DNA from: the human T2T-CHM13v2.0 reference genome, Homo sapiens
Assembly: GCF_009914755.1 (NCBI RefSeq)
Contig: NC_060929.1
Reading direction: 5' to 3' (one strand)
DNA length: 64,000 nucleotides
The translations under genes were made by a program, and so were the position numbers. Position 1 is the first letter of the stretch, and every line of letters begins with the position of its first letter. Shown here piece after piece: positions 57,147 through 64,000 of this stretch. Below the pieces are notes generated by a model. It saw nothing but the letters and a program-made list of their open reading frames with translations. It made no database searches and had not been told where the DNA came from.

Positions 57147-57750
57147 CCGCTTCAGCTATAATTCTTAAGTAGCTTGCCCAAGCAAAAGTCTCTATCTTTG
57201 AATCGTCCATACACTGTTTTTAGTGTCTCTATTTCTTCATGACAATATTAGATAGTTCAGGAAGTCTTAATTTGGGTTCCAAAAATAAATGTGCTTCAAG
57301 GAAACTACAAATCTTTGAAATTACAGGCAAAATATTGTAAATAAATGCATGGGTCAGAGGGTCAATAGCTTTAATGTGATTTGTGAAGTATTTTATGAGT
57401 CTTCAAGCCTAGAATCACTAACACAAATGGCTAATCATGAATGATTAGTATAATCAGTAATTATAGCCAATAGAATTATGGGATTATTTATATTGTGCAA
57501 TACTTATTCAACCATAACTTGGTGCTTCTAGCATGTATTTCTGCTTTTTATACATTAGATATATATCCAGATCACAGAAAATACAGGTGACCAAACTTTT
57601 CATTCTAATTCACTTACATGGATATTCAGGGTAAATATCAAATTTATTGTTTAGAAAAAGAGACAACTTTTAAAAAATACTATTTAAACAAAGAATGACT
57701 ATTCTATAGGAAAAATAAGGAACAGTTGTTCTCCCTTTAAAAACTAATCA

Positions 57751-58058
<308 letters not shown>

Positions 58059-58607
58059 CTAATCAAGTAACTTTCTATATTCATTTTTTCAGTCTCTGCT
58101 CATGTTCCTCAAACAACCTAGGTAGTGTAAATTTTAATAAGGTGCATTGTCTTTTTAATAAAATAAGGCTAAAACATTCTGCAAGGGTATAAGTGACAAC
58201 TGCTCTAGAAATGATATCACAAAGATTTCTTTTAATTCTGTCAAATTTATAGATTTCTCAAATTCTTTTACGTTCCTAACTAGAAATAATTATATTTCTA
58301 AATAACAATTTTTAGACTGTTAAACATGACAATAAAAAAGAAAAGGAAAGATTTATCAGGTTATAACTCATCTTATTTGCCTCATATGTAATACTTAACT
58401 GATTTGAAATAACATCCCAAATGGTTTAACTATGCCATTTTCTGATGAAAAGAAAGATGAACAGAAAGTAGCACATGCAACCCAATGAATGCCATTATAA
58501 TTTTCCCTAAAAGCTATTTCCAAATGTTCAATACGGTAGCATTCTATACCAACTAAAGAGATTAAACTGGAAAATTTTGCAGAAACAGGATATATTAAAA
58601 GTTTTCC

Positions 58608-59046
<439 letters not shown>

Positions 59047-59399
59047 TCATATATTTTTTTCTTCAGAAATTATGGAAACGGTTAGAGTATGTACTTAGAG
59101 AATATTTAATTTTTCAAACAACTAACATGCCTTAATTCTGTTTTAATTTTACACTCATACAAATAACTAACTCTTAAATAGCATTAAATGCAGAGCATAA
59201 CTTCTAAGCACTACATATATAGAAATGTTTATATAGCATATACAGTATATATACACACTATATATACTATATACCCCATGAATTTTACATATATATATTT
59301 TTTTTTCTATTATAATTGAGAAAATTAAGGTCCAGTTACTAAGGTGGTGAAGCTCAGATTCTGACCCAAACAGTTCCTAATATTGTTACCTCAAAATAA

Positions 59400-61400
59400 T
59401 ATATGCCCAGTCTTTTTTTTTTTTAAGCAAAACAGCATCAAGGATTATAAGGAGAACATATAAGCCTCTCCCTTTTCCTTTTACCCTACATATCACTTTC
59501 CAAATTCAACCACCATAATTGTTTCTTTTAGTGTTTAGTTCATATTTCAAAGACAAATTAATTTATCAATTTTAAATACTATTCATTAGCTGCCAACTGT
59601 GGAACACAAGGACTTAGCTTTCTGACATCACCCAAACCACATTTACGTTTCTCCTGCCCTCCCACCAACCTAGAATAATTGCACCACAATCTTTATTTAA
59701 AACAGTCAACTTGTTTACATTATTATGACCAAATAACCATTAGGTACTGTTGAACCAAGCAAGGAACTGTGATTCTTTTCCCTTTTTTAGACACCTTTAG
59801 ATCATTCTGGAGTTAATAAAGTTCTTTTGTTTATTTACTTGTCTCCAATGTACTCTACAAAATATGAAAGTCATCAATATATTGTTCCAAATGATCTCTG
59901 GAACACCTAGTAACATTATTTATCAAATGCTGATATCCATCTATTTGTTTTTCCTACCCTGAAGGCCTTCCTCCAGAACGCTTTGCTTTACCGCCCCAGT
60001 CTGGACTGGTTTCTTTCAAGGCTAGCTATTTTGGAGTACTCCTGGGACTTCAGGTTTCTCTGTGTTAGAGCCCATTTCCTAGCTTCTATGTCTTCATGTT
60101 GTTTGGTGTAATTTCTTGTTTTGCAGGAACATGTCATCTAATAACTTTCTAAGAAAGGGTACATGGGTAGTTAATACTAGTTCTTAATTTCTGAATATCT
60201 TTATTTAAATTTTGTATTATGGCAAGGTATGGATTTCTTATGGAGATTACTTTCTCTCAGAATTTTGCAGACTTTGTTACATCGTCATTTACCTTAAAGT
60301 ATTATTCCCACTTCTTGATATGTAACTTTTTCTTTGAAAAGTCTTAGTCATTTGTTTGTTTGTTGCTTATTCAATGGTGTTGTAAAGCTTCTGTGTAATG
60401 ATCCTTGGACAGTCTTTTTCTTTCATGATGCTAAGTATTCCATAAGTTCCTCAGAACAGACATTTCAGTTGCTGCTATCTGGAAAATTTTATCAAAAATG
60501 TCTCTATTAATTCCATATGTCCATTTTCACTTTTTTATCATTCTAGAATACCTTATGGTAGATTTTGACCTTATAAATTAGTTATTGGTTTTGCTATATT
60601 TTCTTATATTTCCTATTCCCTTTTGTCTTTTTGTTCTAATTCTAACGGGCTTCCTAGACTTTATCTGCTAACACATTTCATCCAAGAGCTGTTTTTTAAA
60701 TTTCTTACTATTTTTTTCATAGCAACGTGTTCTTATTGTGCAGATAAAATATTTATGAAGATATCATTTGTGGAGTATTTTTTATAATACTGTCATTTCT
60801 CCTTATGCCATCCCTCTGGACCTTCTTTGGCTGTTTGATTTAGTCTTTCTCTGCTTGATTTAGTCTTCCCTCATGAGACTTTTCTCAAATGTCTGGTTAT
60901 CTTTTGCTTTCAGTTCCATATTAACCAATGCCATACCAAAAATATAATCACAGCCTCAATGTACACATGCGGGAATTTTTGCAGAGTGATTAGGCAATAA
61001 ACATGATTTTTTATCTGAAGACTTTGAAATGTCTCCCTTTGGAGGTATTTTCTCCAGTTTCCCGACTGAGAAAAATTGGCCTGGCTCCAAGCATCCTAAT
61101 GTGAGCACAGGGAGTTCTGTATTCACTAAGGAAACCCTTATTTAATTCTGTTTTCAGTCTGGCTTTCCTGGAACTATTTCATAACTGGCATTTCCAAGTC
61201 CTGAATTCTTCTGGATTTCAATGGGTGAAGGATTGTGGAAGTGGAATAATTTGTCCATTAACTTCCTATTTTACAAATGTTCTTGAGATCTATATTCTCT
61301 GATGTCTCCTCTTTCTTCTACTTACCAATGTGTCTGTGCTTTTTCATATTATTTTGGAGTGACTTCAAGAGGGAGGAAGTATAAATGATTAGGTTCAATC
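59400..61400 (-). mobile_element. Highly diverged old L1-type remnant
   Basis: Long T-rich tract with L1M/HAL1-like snippets (TTTCTCTCAGAATTTTGCAG, TTTCTCAAATGTCTGGTTATCTTT). Boundaries approximate. Confidence 0.4.
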
Positions 61401-61794
61401 CATCACGTTTCCCAGAAGGTTTGGAGAATTATTTATACTGGCAGCCTTGTTTCTTATTATGTAAAAGAGTTGAAGTGACAAAATTAATATTCACAAGAAC
61501 TGAATTCCTGGCCCAGTTCTTACTATCTATCTATGTCACCATGTTCACGCTACATAACTTCTCTGCAGTTTCATTTATTCATCTGTGTATTGGGCAGGGA
61601 AATGTAATAGTTGGGGCACATACTTGCAGGTGCCAGTGGGAAGGAGATGCCAGGTATTACTGTAGGAAAAAATAAGAGCTTTCATTGCTTTCATCTGAAT
61701 TTATTAACTCTAAGATTAAATGTTCTCATGACCTGCTTGGAGAATAATTCTTTGTCCATTCAGTCAATAAATATTTATTACAGGTCTGTTATGA

Positions 61795-62345
61795 TGACCT
61801 AGAAATTTCACTCCAAAGAGAAATGAAAACATCTCTGTGCAAAAACTTGTACGAGAATATTCATATCAGCAGTATTTACAATAACCAAAAAGCAGAAACA
61901 ACTCAGATGTCCATCAACTGATAAATGAATAAATTAAAGGTAGTATATCCATAAAATGGAATGTTATTCAGCAAGGAAATGAATAAAGTACTGACACAGG
62001 TAACAGCATGAATGAACCTTGAAAAAACATTATGCTAAGTGAAAGAAGCCAATAAAAAATACTATATATTGCATGACTTCACTGATATAAAATATTCAGA
62101 ATAAGCAAAAATCTACAGAGACAGAGAGAGGATTAGTGGTTGCTTAAGGCTGAGCGGGAGGGCGGGAGAGGAGAGAAAGTGAGTGCTAATGCATATGGGG
62201 TTTCTCCTTAGGATGACAAAATATTCTAAAATTGATTGTGGTGATGGCTGCATAACTGTGAACTTACTAGAAAATATTGAATTGCTTACTTTAAATGGGT
62301 GAATTGTATGGTATATGAATTTTGTCTCAAAAAAGCTGTTAAAAA
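61795..62345 (+). mobile_element. L1MB/ME-like 3' end
   Basis: CCAAAGAGAAATGAAAAC...ATGTCCATCAACTGAT...TATGCTAAGTGAAAGAAGCC...GGTGAATTGTATGGTATATGAATT. Confidence 0.8.
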
Positions 62346-62359
62346 TAAACCATATCTGT

Positions 62360-62487
62360 ATGTAATAATTAGGTGATGGGATGATCTGTGCAGCAAACTA
62401 CCATGGCACATGTTTACCTATTTAACAAACCTGCACATCCCACACATTTACCCCTGAAGTTAAAATAAAAGTTGAAGAAAAAAAAAT
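62360..62487 (+). mobile_element. Short older L1PA 3' terminus
   Basis: GGTGATGGGATGATCTGTGCAGCAAAC.ACCATGGCACATGTTTACCT...AAACCTGCACATCC...AAAATAAAAGTT followed by an A-tail. Confidence 0.8.
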
Positions 62488-64000
62488 GAAGCCTCTAAGA
62501 AAGTTTGGCAAGAAAAGTCTATTATGTGCATTTTTACAACATTGGGAATGTAAAACTGAGTAAGATTCATAAGGTAGCATGGTTTAAATTCCAGGGAAAG
62601 GACACATATAAAAATAATTATAAATTCTGCTGAACAGAAAGCCTAGATAGAAAAATAAGTGTGTGCACAATGATTAAATGGAAATCTAAAAGATGAGTAG
62701 AAACTAGTTATGTGGAGTGATAAAAAGTGAAAAGAGTATTTCAAGCTTGGGGGTAATGTCACATTAAAATCTTAGTTGCAGGAGAGAACTCAGGTTGTTC
62801 TAGGAGCTAAAAATTTACCCAAGTGGCTGGAACACAGAGCTGGAATGAGTGGCATGTAATGAGGCTGCATATATCGGCTGAAATTATGCAGGGTCTTGAA
62901 GCTCATAGAAAGTTTGTCCAATGTAGTCTAACAGTAATGGGAAGTTACTAAAGGTTTTAAAGAGCATAACAATATTATTAGATTTGCTTTTTAAAGATCA
63001 CTCTTGTCACTCTATGTTGAATGAAATGGAGGACAGGTTACATTTTCTGTCCTAAAACAGCCTGTAAATATCATAACAGGAATGTCAACCTTGGAGAACC
63101 TACGTTATTCGTGTCATTTTAAGAAATCTGTAAACTGGAGGCAGTATTAATTGGTCAAATCAATATGTATAGAATCTCTAGAATGTTCATAGGCAGTCAT
63201 TCCATTCCCTGAACTTTAGCCAAAACAATGAAGAGTAAGGTGCGAAGATGTTTGTTGCGGCACTTTTTAAAAAATACTGAATAACTGTATACAACAAAGC
63301 TGATAGTCTAAAATTTATAAATATTTACTAACTTTGTATGTATGTAAAATTAGCCTTATGTTTTTAGAGTTACAGCTAGTGACCTGAAAATAAAATTAGG
63401 TTTATATAAATAAAATTATAAGTTGTAAATTTAAAGCATGAGTAATGTTGCTTCCTTGCTTTAACTGCGTGGTCAACTATTAGACAAAATAGAAAAATAC
63501 TATGAGAAAACTAACTAACATAACTTGAAAGAGTCATGAAATCAATCTTATCAAAGTTGGGTGAAATGTGTCAGATAAACACTCAACTCAAAAATAATCA
63601 ACTTCTATATATATTCTTTACTTCTATATATATTCTTCTACAAAGTCCCTTGAATAGTTTCTGTAGCACATATATACAAATAGAATTAACAGAGCCATGA
63701 AGGTTTATTTTGCAAAAACATAAAATTCCAGGATGCACCAGGAATCCTGATTTTTTTTTCCTGTAAAACTAATGGTAAGTTGTACATCCAGATGCCTTCA
63801 CAAAGAAAATTATTTTTAGAAGAAAAGTACTTAGAGAAAATATAATTTTCATAGTGCATGCAGACTTTTTTCTTTATTATCACTATTTCTACAACTAAAA
63901 TATATAGTGTCAGCCTAATTCATAGTTTGTTACTCCTTTACACAAAATGATAAAATGAAAATTTGTCACAGACCCTGCAAATGCTCAGTACTCTTCATGT

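Overview
Primate (most likely human) nuclear DNA from inside the HCN1 gene, which is transcribed on the minus strand. The only host coding exon is HCN1 exon 2 (18397-18820, 424 nt, voltage-sensor S1-S4). Higher coordinates are intron 1 and lower coordinates are intron 2, both rich in Alu, MIR, L2, MaLR and old L1 fragments. The main structure is a nested LINE-1 in intron 1, antisense to HCN1. A young full-length L1 (31648-37689, ACG/A class) inserted, in the same orientation, into a 5'-truncated L1PA4-like element (30813-38672), and both TSDs are visible. The young L1 has an open 1275-aa ORF2, a nonsense codon in ORF1 (Y282*) and an intact 71-aa antisense ORF0 running in the HCN1 direction. 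The best lead is that ORF0's intact donor SD2 (CAG|GTGCGT, phase 2) joins HCN1 exon 2 in frame and rebuilds an AG|G Arg codon. The out-of-frame donor SD1 is weakened, and the antisense AATAAA that could terminate HCN1 transcripts is altered in both L1 copies. This predicts an L1-antisense-promoter-driven ORF0-HCN1 chimeric channel; its expression is untested. Consensus comparisons and subfamily calls are from memory, not from database searches.
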